DNA of 64,000 nt from Candidatus Cloacimonadales bacterium (GTDB taxonomy: Bacteria; Cloacimonadota; Cloacimonadia; Cloacimonadales; JAFGVF01), in contig OY762964.1 of the NCBI GenBank assembly GCA_963667035.1, positions 1,792,001 through 1,856,000 of the forward strand. The letters run 5' to 3'. The stretch's first letter is position 1. Every line of letters starts with the position of its first letter. Shown here piece by piece: positions 1 through 9,494 of this stretch. The position numbers and the translations under genes were made by a program. The notes beneath the pieces are model-generated. The model was given only the letters and a program-made list of their open reading frames with translations, was not told the origin of the DNA and did not search any database.

Positions 1-377
1 ATTGTAGGTAAATAAGCAAAAGTTCCAGGTAGTTGTGTAGCTTGGATATTTGTAAGAGTACCAAATGATACATTAAAAGATGCAATCCAGCTTTCTCCAG
101 AGACAAAATCCTCATAGGTAACTAAATAGTTATTCGCTCCAACACCGATACCATCAACAAAACTCTTTTCAGACATAGGGAAAGAGTTTACTGCATTATC
201 GGTACCAACCCAATAGCAGTACTCTTCACCGAGGTATAATGTGCCAGAATCTGAACTGATAATTCTGTTTATTTGTGTAGTTATCTCATTAATGCTTTCC
301 CATTCAACTATAGCAGTTAAGATTGATGAAACGAGTAGACAGACCAATATATTGATTAATTTTAAACTATTATTCAT
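1..377 (-). CDS. Secreted hypothetical protein, N-terminal part only (runs off the window start)
   Basis: Not in the ORF track. AGGAG RBS, then ATG at 377; open frame MNNSLKLINILVCLLVSSILTAIVEWESINE... to position 1, with a signal-peptide-like N-terminus. Confidence 0.7.
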   Translation of the reverse strand, partial: MNNSLKLINILVCLLVSSILTAIVEWESINEITTQINRIISSDSGTLYLGEEYCYWVGTDNAVNSFPMSEKSFVDGIGVGANNYLVTYEDFVSGESWIASFNVSFGTLTNIQATQLPGTFAYLPT

Positions 378-528
378 GATTACAGCTCCTTACAATATAC
401 GATGACTAAATAATACATATCATGAGTATATTGTAAATAATTTTATTTAAAAGAAGAGGGAGAAATTTGTCCTTGCCTAATAAATTAAATCATTAAACTT
501 AGCTTGCAATACATTTACGGGAGTTGTT

Positions 529-1530
529 ATGACCTCTAGAAAAGTTTCTTTAACAGGCATTAAACCGACAGGGGAACCACATATAGGGAACTATATAGGT
601 TCAATTAGACCGGCTCTTGAGTTAGCTCAAAAATTTGATGCCAGATATTTTATTGCTGATTACCATGCTCTTAATCAGATTAAAGATCCTAAGCTTTTGA
701 AAGATTATATATATGAAATAGCTGCAGCATGGCTTGCATGCGGATTAAATCCGGAAGAAATGCTGTTTTATCGTCAGTCGGATGTTCCTGAGACTTTTGA
801 CCTTGCTACTATTCTAATGGCATTTACTCCTAAGGGACTAATGAATAGAGCTCATGCATATAAAGCAATAGTTCAAGTTAATAATGAAGAAGGTAAAGAT
901 CCGGATATAGGAGTAAATATGGGTCTTTATACTTATCCTATTCTAATGGCTGCCGACATACTTCTATTTGATACTAATATTGTACCGGTGGGTAAGGACC
1001 AATTTCAGCATATTGAAATGGCTGTTGACATTGCTCAAACTGTTAATCATACATATAATGATGATGTATTGGTTATTCCTGAACCTTATTCTACTCCGTC
1101 AACTCAAACCGTTGTCGGTTTGGACGGAAGAAAGATGTCTAAAAGCTATGGAAATACAATAGCAATGTTCTTACCTGAGAAGAAACTCAGAAAGAAGGTG
1201 ATGAAGATAGTAACTAATTCACAGACTATTGAAGAGCCAAAAGACCCTGATACCTGCTCTGTTTTTACTCTTTACAAACTTTTTGCGGATGAACATCAGA
1301 TTGAAGCTCTCAAGCAAAGATACCAAGCTGGTGGTATGGGCTGGGGAGAAGCAAAACAAGCTTTGTTTGAAGTAATGAATGAGCAAATTACCCCGTACAG
1401 GGAAAGATTTAATGATTTAATGAGTAATAAAGACTATATTGACAGTCAACTCACTCTTGGAGGAGAGAAAGCAAGAACTATTGCTTCTGAAACAATAAAG
1501 CGAGTTAGAAAAGCTGTTGGTATAGGTTAA
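529..1530 (+). CDS. trpS: Tryptophan--tRNA ligase
   Basis: TGIKPTG..HIGNY (HIGH motif), YPILMAADIL, VPVGKDQ, KMSKS. Confidence 0.97.
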   Translation: MTSRKVSLTGIKPTGEPHIGNYIGSIRPALELAQKFDARYFIADYHALNQIKDPKLLKDYIYEIAAAWLACGLNPEEMLFYRQSDVPETFDLATILMAFTPKGLMNRAHAYKAIVQVNNEEGKDPDIGVNMGLYTYPILMAADILLFDTNIVPVGKDQFQHIEMAVDIAQTVNHTYNDDVLVIPEPYSTPSTQTVVGLDGRKMSKSYGNTIAMFLPEKKLRKKVMKIVTNSQTIEEPKDPDTCSVFTLYKLFADEHQIEALKQRYQAGGMGWGEAKQALFEVMNEQITPYRERFNDLMSNKDYIDSQLTLGGEKARTIASETIKRVRKAVGIG

Positions 1531-1595
1531 GGTATGATAACCAGGTGCTTAGCATTCTGTGTTTATAAATAGTTAATGTTTTTTATCATTTTTTA

Positions 1596-1623
1596 TTGAC
1601 ACGGGAAGTGGCTCAAATATAAA
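1596..1623 (+). promoter_or_regulatory. Putative sigma70 promoter of secG-tRNA-Leu
   Basis: TTGACA at 1596-1601, 16-nt spacer, TATAAA. Confidence 0.5.
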
Positions 1624-1651
1624 AGCACCACAATAAAGCAATGGAGTTGAA

Positions 1652-2002
1652 ATGTTATATTTGTTTTTTGTAATACATGTAGTGATAGCCGTCGCGTTAG
1701 TGCTGGTTATTTTAGCTCAAACATCAAAAGGTGGATTAGATTCCAACTTTGGAAGCGTAGCTCAAGGTGTTATGGGTGGAACCGGTGCAAGTGCATTTCT
1801 TAAGAAATGGACTAAGATTCTTGGAGGAATATTCTTAATCTCTTGTATCTGGATGGCTCTTTATGTGAAGAGTAACAGAACTCCAAAAGCTCCAAAAAGT
1901 AAGATTGACTGGACTCAGGAAGCTCCTGAAGAAGCACAGAGTAATGATACAGTTGTTCCTGTAACAGATACTCCGGCAGAGACTCCCGCTCCGACTGAAT
2001 AA
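1652..2002 (+). CDS. secG: Preprotein translocase subunit SecG
   Basis: Two TM helices, VILAQTSKGGL..FG motif, followed by tRNA-Leu (conserved synteny). Confidence 0.9.
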   Translation: MLYLFFVIHVVIAVALVLVILAQTSKGGLDSNFGSVAQGVMGGTGASAFLKKWTKILGGIFLISCIWMALYVKSNRTPKAPKSKIDWTQEAPEEAQSNDTVVPVTDTPAETPAPTE

Positions 2003-2009
2003 ACTTTAC

Positions 2010-2098
2010 GCAGAAGTGGTGGAATTGGCAGACACGCAAGACTAAGGATCTTGTGCCCTAATCTGGGTGTGCGGGTTCAAGTCCCGCCTTCTGCACCA
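2010..2098 (+). tRNA. tRNA-Leu, anticodon AAG (A34)
   Basis: GCAGAAG/CTTCTGC acceptor stem + ACCA; D arm GTGGAATTGGCAGACAC; anticodon stem CAAGA/TCTTG with loop CT-AAG-GA (2044-2046); long variable arm; T loop TTCAAGT. Confidence 0.93.
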
Positions 2099-2101
2099 TT
2101 T

Positions 2102-2131
2102 AAAGCTGTTGACTTGTTCAACAGCTTTTTT
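2102..2131 (+). terminator. Intrinsic terminator after tRNA-Leu
   Basis: AAAGCTGTTGA-cttgt-TCAACAGCTTT followed by a T run. Confidence 0.8.
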
Positions 2132-2165
2132 CATTTATAATCAATTATCCATTGCAAACATGAAC

Positions 2166-2194
2166 TTGACACAAAGAGCTTGCTCTTTTTAAAT
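2166..2194 (+). promoter_or_regulatory. Putative promoter of the lptD operon with a palindromic spacer
   Basis: TTGACA-N17-TTAAAT; spacer contains AAAGAGC-tt-GCTCTTT. Confidence 0.5.
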
Positions 2195-2203
2195 GCGTCG
2201 AAT

Positions 2204-4585
2204 ATGATAAAGAATACTCTCTCATCCATAATCTTTCTGCTTGCTCTGACATCAAGCATATTATGTCAGGTGACTCCCACTGTTCTCAGTGTTGGAGATT
2301 CTCTTCACATAGAGAGAGTAAAGCCTGATTCTATCCTTTTTGCTGCTGATAGTTTACGAACCGATTATGAAAAACAGATCATAAAACTTTATAGTAATGC
2401 AAGCATTGATTACAAGAATTATAAAATAGATTCGGATACCTTAACTGTTGATTTGGAGAATAGAAAAGCCTTCACCAAGGGTTTAACTCGTATGGAAGAC
2501 AATTCACAGTTAATGATCGGGCACGATACATATTATGATGTTAATACCGAGGAAGGTATTCTATATAACGGTATCGGTAAGTTTGAACAAGGATTCTATT
2601 CGGGAGATGAGATAAGAAAGGTTGGAAAGAAGATTTACGACATAGATTATGGTAAGTTTACAACCTGTGAAGATGAACATCCACATTTCTATATGAAGTC
2701 TAAGAAGCTAAGAGTGTATGTTAATGAACAGATTCTTGGTAAGCCATTTATTATGTATGTGAACGACTTTCCGATTCTTTGGCTACCATATGCCTCTTTT
2801 CCTGCCAAGAAGGGTCGAAAAGCTGGCTTTCTTGTTCCTCAACCCGGTTACAACAACTCCGATGGTAAGTATGTAAAAAATGTAGCTTATTACTACCCCT
2901 TTAAAGATTATGCAGATTTTATATTCAGTGTTGATTTAACTGAATTGCGAGGTTGGAACTTTAATTTTAACAACGACTATAAGAAGAGGTATGTTTACAA
3001 CGGAGGAGTTGATTTTACCTATAATCATAGAGTGACCGATATAGGTAATGCTAGAGACGATTGGGTTGTTAATGCTACTCATTTTCATGACTTTGGAAAC
3101 AAGACCACTTTGAGAATGAATCTTAACTACATGACAAGTAAACAGATCTGGGAAAGTGAAGAGGATATTGACAAACGACTTTCGGAAAGAATCACATCTT
3201 CAATCTCTTTTAGCAAACCTCTTTTAAGCTCCACTTTAAGTTTAACAGCAACATATACGGATGATTTTCTTAAAAATCAAAAAGCAATAGTTTTACCAAG
3301 AGCTTCTTATTCTTTACCTTCGAAACCTATTTATGAGTTCTTTACCAGTAAGGATAGTAAGGTTAATAGAAATGCTTGGTGGACTAAATTTAACGTGAGT
3401 ACCAGCTTTTCAGCTATACAGCAAGGAACAATTAAAGAAGAGAACCCTGAGTTTTCAGACATAATCTGGAGCAATGACAAGGACACTACGGATGTCTACA
3501 TAAATGAACACCATGCCGGTGCAAGCATGAGAAGTTCGATTTATTACTCAGATAAATTGATGAGTTGGTTAGTTTTTTCACAAACATTTAACTATAATGA
3601 ATACGTATTCGACAGATCAAAGATAGAAAACAACATTGGATTTGCAGGGGATTATAGTACCAGCTCAAAGATAAGTACAACAATTTATGGATTTAAAAAG
3701 TTTAACAACTCTTATCTGAAAGCTATGAGGCATATTTTGAAACCTTCAGCTTCTTTTAGCTATAAACCAGACCTTTCCAAACATGCAGGAGATTATTATA
3801 CTTTTGGCCCTGTTTCTCCAAATACTGCTAAACGGTCAAGAACGGTTAATTTCAGCCTAGGGCAGGAGTGGCAAGTTAAGATATACGATAAAGTCAATGA
3901 TAAAGAAAAAGTATATAACAACTTAATTAGCATGACTAGTAATTGTAGTTATAATTTGGAGAATAAGAAAAAACCGTTTTCTGAAATAACACATTCAATA
4001 AAGTTTAATCCGAAGAGCTTCTCAATTGGTAAGCTTCCTGTAAATTATAATACTTCAGTAGGTTTTCGACAAAACCCTTATGACATGACATGGCTTGACT
4101 GGAAAGCAACAAACTGGTCATATAGTCAGAACTTGAGTATTAGTGGTGAAACACAGACATACGATTATTTTCGTAATCCTTCTAATCCTTTAGCTGACCA
4201 TAAAGTTGAGACAGTTGACGGAGATAGTGAACTTAGTATTGAGGATTTAAAAACAATCTCAGAAACTAAGTCCTGGAAGCTTTCTTTTACTCATGATATG
4301 AGTGCGGAGCGTCAATTTCTTAAACCAAAGACAAACAATTTAAGGATGTCCTCAAGCTTTAATATTACAAAGAATTGGAATGTGACGTATAGTAACTATA
4401 TTGATGTAGAGGATAAGCGTGTCATGTCTCAATCCATTAATCTAACCAGGGATCTTCATTGCTGGAGACTAACCCTCCAATATAATAAATCTAACGAGTA
4501 TTGGGATTATACTCTTGTTTTCTTTAACGTCAAGCTTCATGATGATTTAAAGATTGAGACTAAGGGTCAGAAGAAATATTACTAG
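2204..4585 (+). CDS. lptD: Putative LPS-assembly outer-membrane protein LptD
   Basis: Signal peptide, OstA-like N-domain, FTTC..PHF, GR..GFL.P and RDLHCW motifs typical of FCB-group LptD; ATG 2204 preferred over TTG 2180. Confidence 0.85.
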   Translation: MIKNTLSSIIFLLALTSSILCQVTPTVLSVGDSLHIERVKPDSILFAADSLRTDYEKQIIKLYSNASIDYKNYKIDSDTLTVDLENRKAFTKGLTRMEDNSQLMIGHDTYYDVNTEEGILYNGIGKFEQGFYSGDEIRKVGKKIYDIDYGKFTTCEDEHPHFYMKSKKLRVYVNEQILGKPFIMYVNDFPILWLPYASFPAKKGRKAGFLVPQPGYNNSDGKYVKNVAYYYPFKDYADFIFSVDLTELRGWNFNFNNDYKKRYVYNGGVDFTYNHRVTDIGNARDDWVVNATHFHDFGNKTTLRMNLNYMTSKQIWESEEDIDKRLSERITSSISFSKPLLSSTLSLTATYTDDFLKNQKAIVLPRASYSLPSKPIYEFFTSKDSKVNRNAWWTKFNVSTSFSAIQQGTIKEENPEFSDIIWSNDKDTTDVYINEHHAGASMRSSIYYSDKLMSWLVFSQTFNYNEYVFDRSKIENNIGFAGDYSTSSKISTTIYGFKKFNNSYLKAMRHILKPSASFSYKPDLSKHAGDYYTFGPVSPNTAKRSRTVNFSLGQEWQVKIYDKVNDKEKVYNNLISMTSNCSYNLENKKKPFSEITHSIKFNPKSFSIGKLPVNYNTSVGFRQNPYDMTWLDWKATNWSYSQNLSISGETQTYDYFRNPSNPLADHKVETVDGDSELSIEDLKTISETKSWKLSFTHDMSAERQFLKPKTNNLRMSSSFNITKNWNVTYSNYIDVEDKRVMSQSINLTRDLHCWRLTLQYNKSNEYWDYTLVFFNVKLHDDLKIETKGQKKYY

Positions 4586-4594
4586 GAATAGAAT

Positions 4595-5164
4595 ATGAAA
4601 GCAATTTTCATGGATAGAGACGGTACAATTAATGTAGATAAGCATGGTTACATAAAAACTCCTGATGCTTTTGAACTATATCCTTTTGCTGCAGAAGCTG
4701 TGAAATTAGTCAATGAGATGGGTTTCAAAGCTATAGTTGTTACCAACCAAAGTGGTATTGCCAGAGGCTATTATACAATTGATGACCTCGAATCAATTCA
4801 TGACAAAATGCAACTTTGCTTAAAGGACGAAGGTGCATTTATAGATGGAGTCTATTTCTGCCCATATCATAAAGATGGCATTGTCGAACCTTTCAATGTA
4901 TCAAGTGATTGTAGAAAACCACAGATAGGTATGTTTAATCAAGCAATTTTAGAACATAATGTTACTCCTGAAGGTTCTTGGATGATTGGAGATAAGTATT
5001 CAGATGTTGAATTCGGCTATAATGCTAGATTAAGGACAATTCTACTCCTTACAGGAAATGGTAATAAGGAATTTATGGAGAATAGGCATGAATGGAGAGT
5101 TCAACCTGATTTTATTGTTCCTGATTTACTTACAGCAGTAAAGCTGATACAAGCTATGCAATAA
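4595..5164 (+). CDS. gmhB: D-glycero-D-manno-heptose 1,7-bisphosphate phosphatase (HAD IIIA)
   Basis: FMDRDGTIN, VTNQSGIARG, CPYH..CRKP, MIGD. Confidence 0.9.
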   Translation: MKAIFMDRDGTINVDKHGYIKTPDAFELYPFAAEAVKLVNEMGFKAIVVTNQSGIARGYYTIDDLESIHDKMQLCLKDEGAFIDGVYFCPYHKDGIVEPFNVSSDCRKPQIGMFNQAILEHNVTPEGSWMIGDKYSDVEFGYNARLRTILLLTGNGNKEFMENRHEWRVQPDFIVPDLLTAVKLIQAMQ

Positions 5165-5168
5165 AGCT

Positions 5169-6434
5169 ATGCATTACTCTCATTTTATCTCACTTTCTCT
5201 TTTACTAAACAGAAATAAAAGCTTCTTTAAAAGAGCTCATCTGATGCCTTTTATAGGAATAGTCATTGGAGTATTTGCTTATCTTTCTGTTTCCTCAGTA
5301 ATGAACGGTTTTGATAGCGATTTAACTGAGCGCATTATAGGTATGAAATCGGAGATTATCGTAAGAAAATCTGATAACACTGCAATAACCGATTATCTCA
5401 AAGTCAGAAATGAACTTTTAAAAAATGATAAGATTATATCTGTTGCACCTGTTAACAGAGCTGAACTAATGATTCTGAGTGGTAATAACTCAGCCGGTAC
5501 AGCTCTTTACGGAGTTGATTTTAAGCTACATAGTCAGTTATCTCCTGTATTTGATAAATATCCTCGTGATTTTAGTATTCAATCGGAAGATATTAGGCGT
5601 GGTATGTTTAGTGGGTATAGGGCTAATGGTAACTATCCTGACGATTCTATTATATTAGGTTATGATCTTGCCATGCAACTTAGAGCAATGCCCGGAGATA
5701 CAATAAAAGTGTTATCTCCAATAGGTACTATTCCTACACCTCTAGGCTTAATGCCTAAATCCAAAGATTTACTAGTTTCGGGAATCTTTATTTCGGGGAT
5801 GCCTGAATATGATAATCTATTCTCATTTACTACACTTAACAACTGTGCCTACTTCCTCGAAAACATAAATGATAATGAAGCACAGTATCTTGAAGTGAAG
5901 ACTACTAATCCAAGAGATACAGAACTATTAGTTAAGGATTTATCTAAACAGTTTTCAGATTATAGATTCCAATCCTGGAGTAGTTTCGATAAGAATCTGT
6001 ATAGTGCTATGAAGCTTGAAAAAGTTGTCATGATGGCGATTCTATCCTTAATGATAATAATAACATCGTTTAATCTAACAGGCAATTTTGCGAAGATGAT
6101 TGTAAGGCAAAGAAAAGAGATTGGAATACTTAAATCAATTGGTTGTACAAATAGAGATATCTTCAGTATTTATCTAGGACAAGGTATGGCAATTGGTTTC
6201 TCCGGTACTATTATTGGAATACTACTCGCTATGCTATTTATGTTTGTTCAAAAGCAATGGCATATTATCAAAATACCGGCAGGTAATTTACCAATGAATG
6301 CATTACCAATTGAACCTAGATGGATTGATATTATTCTTATATCCTCTATTTGCTTATTAATTAGTTTTATAGCTACTCTCGCTCCAGCAATCAAAGCCGG
6401 TAAAGTAGAAACGATCGACATTATTAGACAATAA
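5169..6434 (+). CDS. Lipoprotein-releasing ABC transporter permease (LolC/E family)
   Basis: SVMNGF motif, periplasmic domain, EIGILKSIG, C-terminal TMs ending in PA..A. Confidence 0.85.
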   Translation: MHYSHFISLSLLLNRNKSFFKRAHLMPFIGIVIGVFAYLSVSSVMNGFDSDLTERIIGMKSEIIVRKSDNTAITDYLKVRNELLKNDKIISVAPVNRAELMILSGNNSAGTALYGVDFKLHSQLSPVFDKYPRDFSIQSEDIRRGMFSGYRANGNYPDDSIILGYDLAMQLRAMPGDTIKVLSPIGTIPTPLGLMPKSKDLLVSGIFISGMPEYDNLFSFTTLNNCAYFLENINDNEAQYLEVKTTNPRDTELLVKDLSKQFSDYRFQSWSSFDKNLYSAMKLEKVVMMAILSLMIIITSFNLTGNFAKMIVRQRKEIGILKSIGCTNRDIFSIYLGQGMAIGFSGTIIGILLAMLFMFVQKQWHIIKIPAGNLPMNALPIEPRWIDIILISSICLLISFIATLAPAIKAGKVETIDIIRQ

Positions 6435-6517
6435 TTATGTACTTAATGAAGCTATTTTTTAAACTCTAGAGGTATTGATTAGTAAACAATGACCGGATAG
6501 TAAGATTATACTCTTAC

Positions 6518-8134
6518 TCACTCAAGATAGCTTTTTGCATTATCAATTACCTCCTGCTCAACTCCTAGTAAATCTGCTATCATTAAGGCTGTTCTTGGAG
6601 GTCGCTTCTCATTATCTAATTTTATTAAGTTGTACTTTTGAATGCTGTTTAGTTTTGCTATTCTATCACTTATTGTTAAGAGTTTCTCACTTTTAATTTC
6701 TTTATATAAATCTTCAGTTAAGCCGGGAATGACAAAATGATCTGCGTTCGGTATCATAGCAGGAGCTGTGAAATGAGTTGATGTAAAGACAAAATGCTTT
6801 GTTTGGGAAAATGATTCCAATACAGCTCTACAAAGAGCTTCTCCTTCCTGTGGGTTAGTACCTCTAGCAAACTCATCAATTAGAAAAAGTCCTTTCCCTT
6901 CAAGGGATTTATGCTTTTGTAACTCCACTATATTGTATGCAAAGCTACTGAGATTATCTCCTTGCAGTTGAGGGTCATACCCACTAAAATAAATAAAATC
7001 AAATAGTGGAATCTCAGCATAACTACATGGTACAGGTATTGCATAGGCACTGAGATAGGCAATTTGTCCGATAGTTTTTAAAGCAGAAGTTTTTCCTGCC
7101 ATATTTGCACCAATCAAAATTGAAAGAGAATTTTCCAATTCTATATCAATTGGTTGATAATTAAGACCGGATTTAACAAGTTCTCTCTTAATTGGAAGAT
7201 TAACGACATCGCTTAAAATAAATTTGTCATGATTATTAATATGCGGAATGCTACACTTATTTCTTAAAGCAAACAAAGCTTTGGCAAATCTAATGTCAAA
7301 AAGAGCTATCTTATCTTGTGCCATTACTATGCTATTGAGAAAATGGTCTCTAATATGTTCTGTGATTTTGACTCTAGCATCATGTTCTGCTGCTCTTATG
7401 TTTGTAATTAACTCTGCTGTTTTTTTAGCGTTATTTAAATCAGCTTCATCTTCCTTCAATTTATACATAACATTTGCAAAGTTCTGTTTTGAACGAATGA
7501 AAAGACCACTATCATCAAGCTTTTTTATCATTGATGTATTTGTTCTCGAAACAATAATCTCAGATTCACATTTCGTTAGCTTCAATAAGTCCATTGCCTC
7601 CCTAATCTTAGCTTGCTGTTTCAGCTTCATTTCTCGAGTCAAATTGGCTAAAGCTTGTCTTAAAAGCATAAGCTCAGGAGAGAATTCGTCATAAAGTTGA
7701 AAAGAGGATGTTTCAGTAGTTCCCGGATCAAGATAATAATATAATTCTTTCATTTCTTGTAAACTGTGCGGGAAAAAATTGCAATCTGACATCAGCTCTG
7801 CAATCTTTCTTACCGCAAGAGCAAACACTTTAATCTCTTGTAACTCGAAGAGCTCTAAAACATTATTCCTCGCTCCAAGGAGAGTACCGGATAAATCCTT
7901 GATGTGAGATAACCAGAGTTTTACTCCCTCTATCTTACCTAAATCATCCTTAAGATGAGTCATCAAACCAGCAACAAACTCATATTCCTTTCTTGCTGAA
8001 TCTACTTCGGATGGTTTAAATGGATGTAACTCATTCTTGAGTTTTTTCCCCGGCTCAGATTGAGGGATTATCATAGATACAATACTCTGTAGTTCTAGAA
8101 TACGGTAAGATTGTTTATCAATTATCTTAAGCAT
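6518..8134 (-). CDS. Short MutS-related ATPase (domain V; KamC/MutS2-like, no Smr or mismatch-binding domain)
   Basis: GANMAGKT Walker A, LSSF, LIDEFARGTNPQEG, STHF. Confidence 0.85.
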   Translation of the reverse strand: MLKIIDKQSYRILELQSIVSMIIPQSEPGKKLKNELHPFKPSEVDSARKEYEFVAGLMTHLKDDLGKIEGVKLWLSHIKDLSGTLLGARNNVLELFELQEIKVFALAVRKIAELMSDCNFFPHSLQEMKELYYYLDPGTTETSSFQLYDEFSPELMLLRQALANLTREMKLKQQAKIREAMDLLKLTKCESEIIVSRTNTSMIKKLDDSGLFIRSKQNFANVMYKLKEDEADLNNAKKTAELITNIRAAEHDARVKITEHIRDHFLNSIVMAQDKIALFDIRFAKALFALRNKCSIPHINNHDKFILSDVVNLPIKRELVKSGLNYQPIDIELENSLSILIGANMAGKTSALKTIGQIAYLSAYAIPVPCSYAEIPLFDFIYFSGYDPQLQGDNLSSFAYNIVELQKHKSLEGKGLFLIDEFARGTNPQEGEALCRAVLESFSQTKHFVFTSTHFTAPAMIPNADHFVIPGLTEDLYKEIKSEKLLTISDRIAKLNSIQKYNLIKLDNEKRPPRTALMIADLLGVEQEVIDNAKSYLE

Positions 8135-8161
8135 TTCTTCTCCGGTTAATCTCTTTCTCTC

Positions 8162-8190
8162 ATTATAGTATGAAACATACTTCGAGTCAA
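8162..8190 (-). promoter_or_regulatory. Near-consensus sigma70 promoter of the MutS-like gene
   Basis: Minus strand TTGACT-N17-TATAAT. Confidence 0.7.
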
Positions 8191-8234
8191 GAACTTTGTG
8201 GAAGGCACGAATTGTCTAATGGTATCAGTTGCTA

Positions 8235-9494
8235 TTATAGAATGATTTCTTTGATGTAATCGTTTAGTACTATAGTCTGATTCTCCGAGTGAAGGGGGGA
8301 GGTATCTTTACTATTTCGAATTGGTTTTCCTGACTGCCAAGCAGAATACAGCTTCTCGAGGTATGATAAGATAACCGATTGATTAGAATAATCACAGGTA
8401 ATTCCTGCACCATAATCTCGCAACATCTCTGCGGCTGCACCCTCTGAAGGCCCGAAACAAAGAATAGGAGTGTTGGAACCTATATACTCAAACAGTTTGG
8501 TTGTAAGCATTCCGCTTGCACCTGTATATGTATTAATAGGTAACAACAGAAGTTCAGCATTCCTCATTTTATCCAAAGCATTTTTATGCAAAGTAAATGG
8601 TTGGTAAACAATATATTCAGCTAGGTATGGTCTTTCATGAAAATCCCCCGTCAATTCTAGCTCTATGTTTTCTCCCATCTGGGACTTAACAAAAAAGTCT
8701 AATGCTTTCACAAAAGGTTCAAGTGTTTGTCCTTGAGTTAAGGAACCTATAAATTTAATCCTGAATCGATTACTAGAATGATATGGTATTTTTGAGAATC
8801 TAGCAGCATCAAATCCATTGGGAAGTATCTTCTTGTTGCCTTCCGGTAGCTGGTCAGATATTTGCTTTGAGACAACGAGATTTAAATCTGCTTCTTCTAT
8901 GACTCTTTTTTCAAGTTTTCTGTTAACACTATTGGCAATTTTACCCGAGTTTGCCAATTGTAGATAGAAGATGTTAGACCATGGATCTCTGAAATCAGTA
9001 ATCCAATTTATATTATAGTTTCTCTTTAACTTTCTTCCAACCAAATGAGTGGAATGAGGTGGACCTGTTGTAATAACAGCTTCGTAACCCCCGTTATTTA
9101 GTTCTATCGAAGCTGCTTTGTAAGCATATTTATTCCAGATAACTCTTGCATCGGGAGCAATGAGGTTTAATCTCATCCAGAATAACAGCTTCTTAGCGAA
9201 GCGATCGTTATGAGAGTTGTTTAAAGAACCATAAGGGATATTCTTTTCCTTGTTCCCGGTGAAAAGATGGAAAAGGTTCCCGAATGTTGGTGTTTTTGTT
9301 CTGATAACATTGATTGTCATAGGTACTTCCGCAAGAAGAGACTCGTCTATAAAGGGGTAATCTCCCTTTTGAGTTGTAATTACCGTTACTTCCCAACCTA
9401 ATCCGGGGAGGTATTTAAGAAATCTCAACCATCTTTGTACAGCCGGACCACCTGCCGGAGGAAAATAATATGTTATCAGTAATAGTTTCTTCAT
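8235..9494 (-). CDS. Glycosyltransferase family 4
   Basis: ITYYFPP.GG..VQRW, TTGPPHS.H, DFRDPW, KLFEY; start at ATG 9494 overlapping the upstream stop. Confidence 0.85.
   Translation of the reverse strand: MKKLLLITYYFPPAGGPAVQRWLRFLKYLPGLGWEVTVITTQKGDYPFIDESLLAEVPMTINVIRTKTPTFGNLFHLFTGNKEKNIPYGSLNNSHNDRFAKKLLFWMRLNLIAPDARVIWNKYAYKAASIELNNGGYEAVITTGPPHSTHLVGRKLKRNYNINWITDFRDPWSNIFYLQLANSGKIANSVNRKLEKRVIEEADLNLVVSKQISDQLPEGNKKILPNGFDAARFSKIPYHSSNRFRIKFIGSLTQGQTLEPFVKALDFFVKSQMGENIELELTGDFHERPYLAEYIVYQPFTLHKNALDKMRNAELLLLPINTYTGASGMLTTKLFEYIGSNTPILCFGPSEGAAAEMLRDYGAGITCDYSNQSVILSYLEKLYSAWQSGKPIRNSKDTSPLHSENQTIVLNDYIKEIIL

Noticed and set aside
378..528. T-box or attenuator upstream of trpS
   Set aside because: Only 150 bp of AT-rich divergent promoter DNA; no T-box motif or terminator hairpin.
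1812..2039. Minus-strand 75-aa ORF and the other short antisense or alternate-frame ORFs in the track
   Set aside because: They overlap well-supported genes or tRNAs, lack RBSs and motifs, and look like shadow ORFs.
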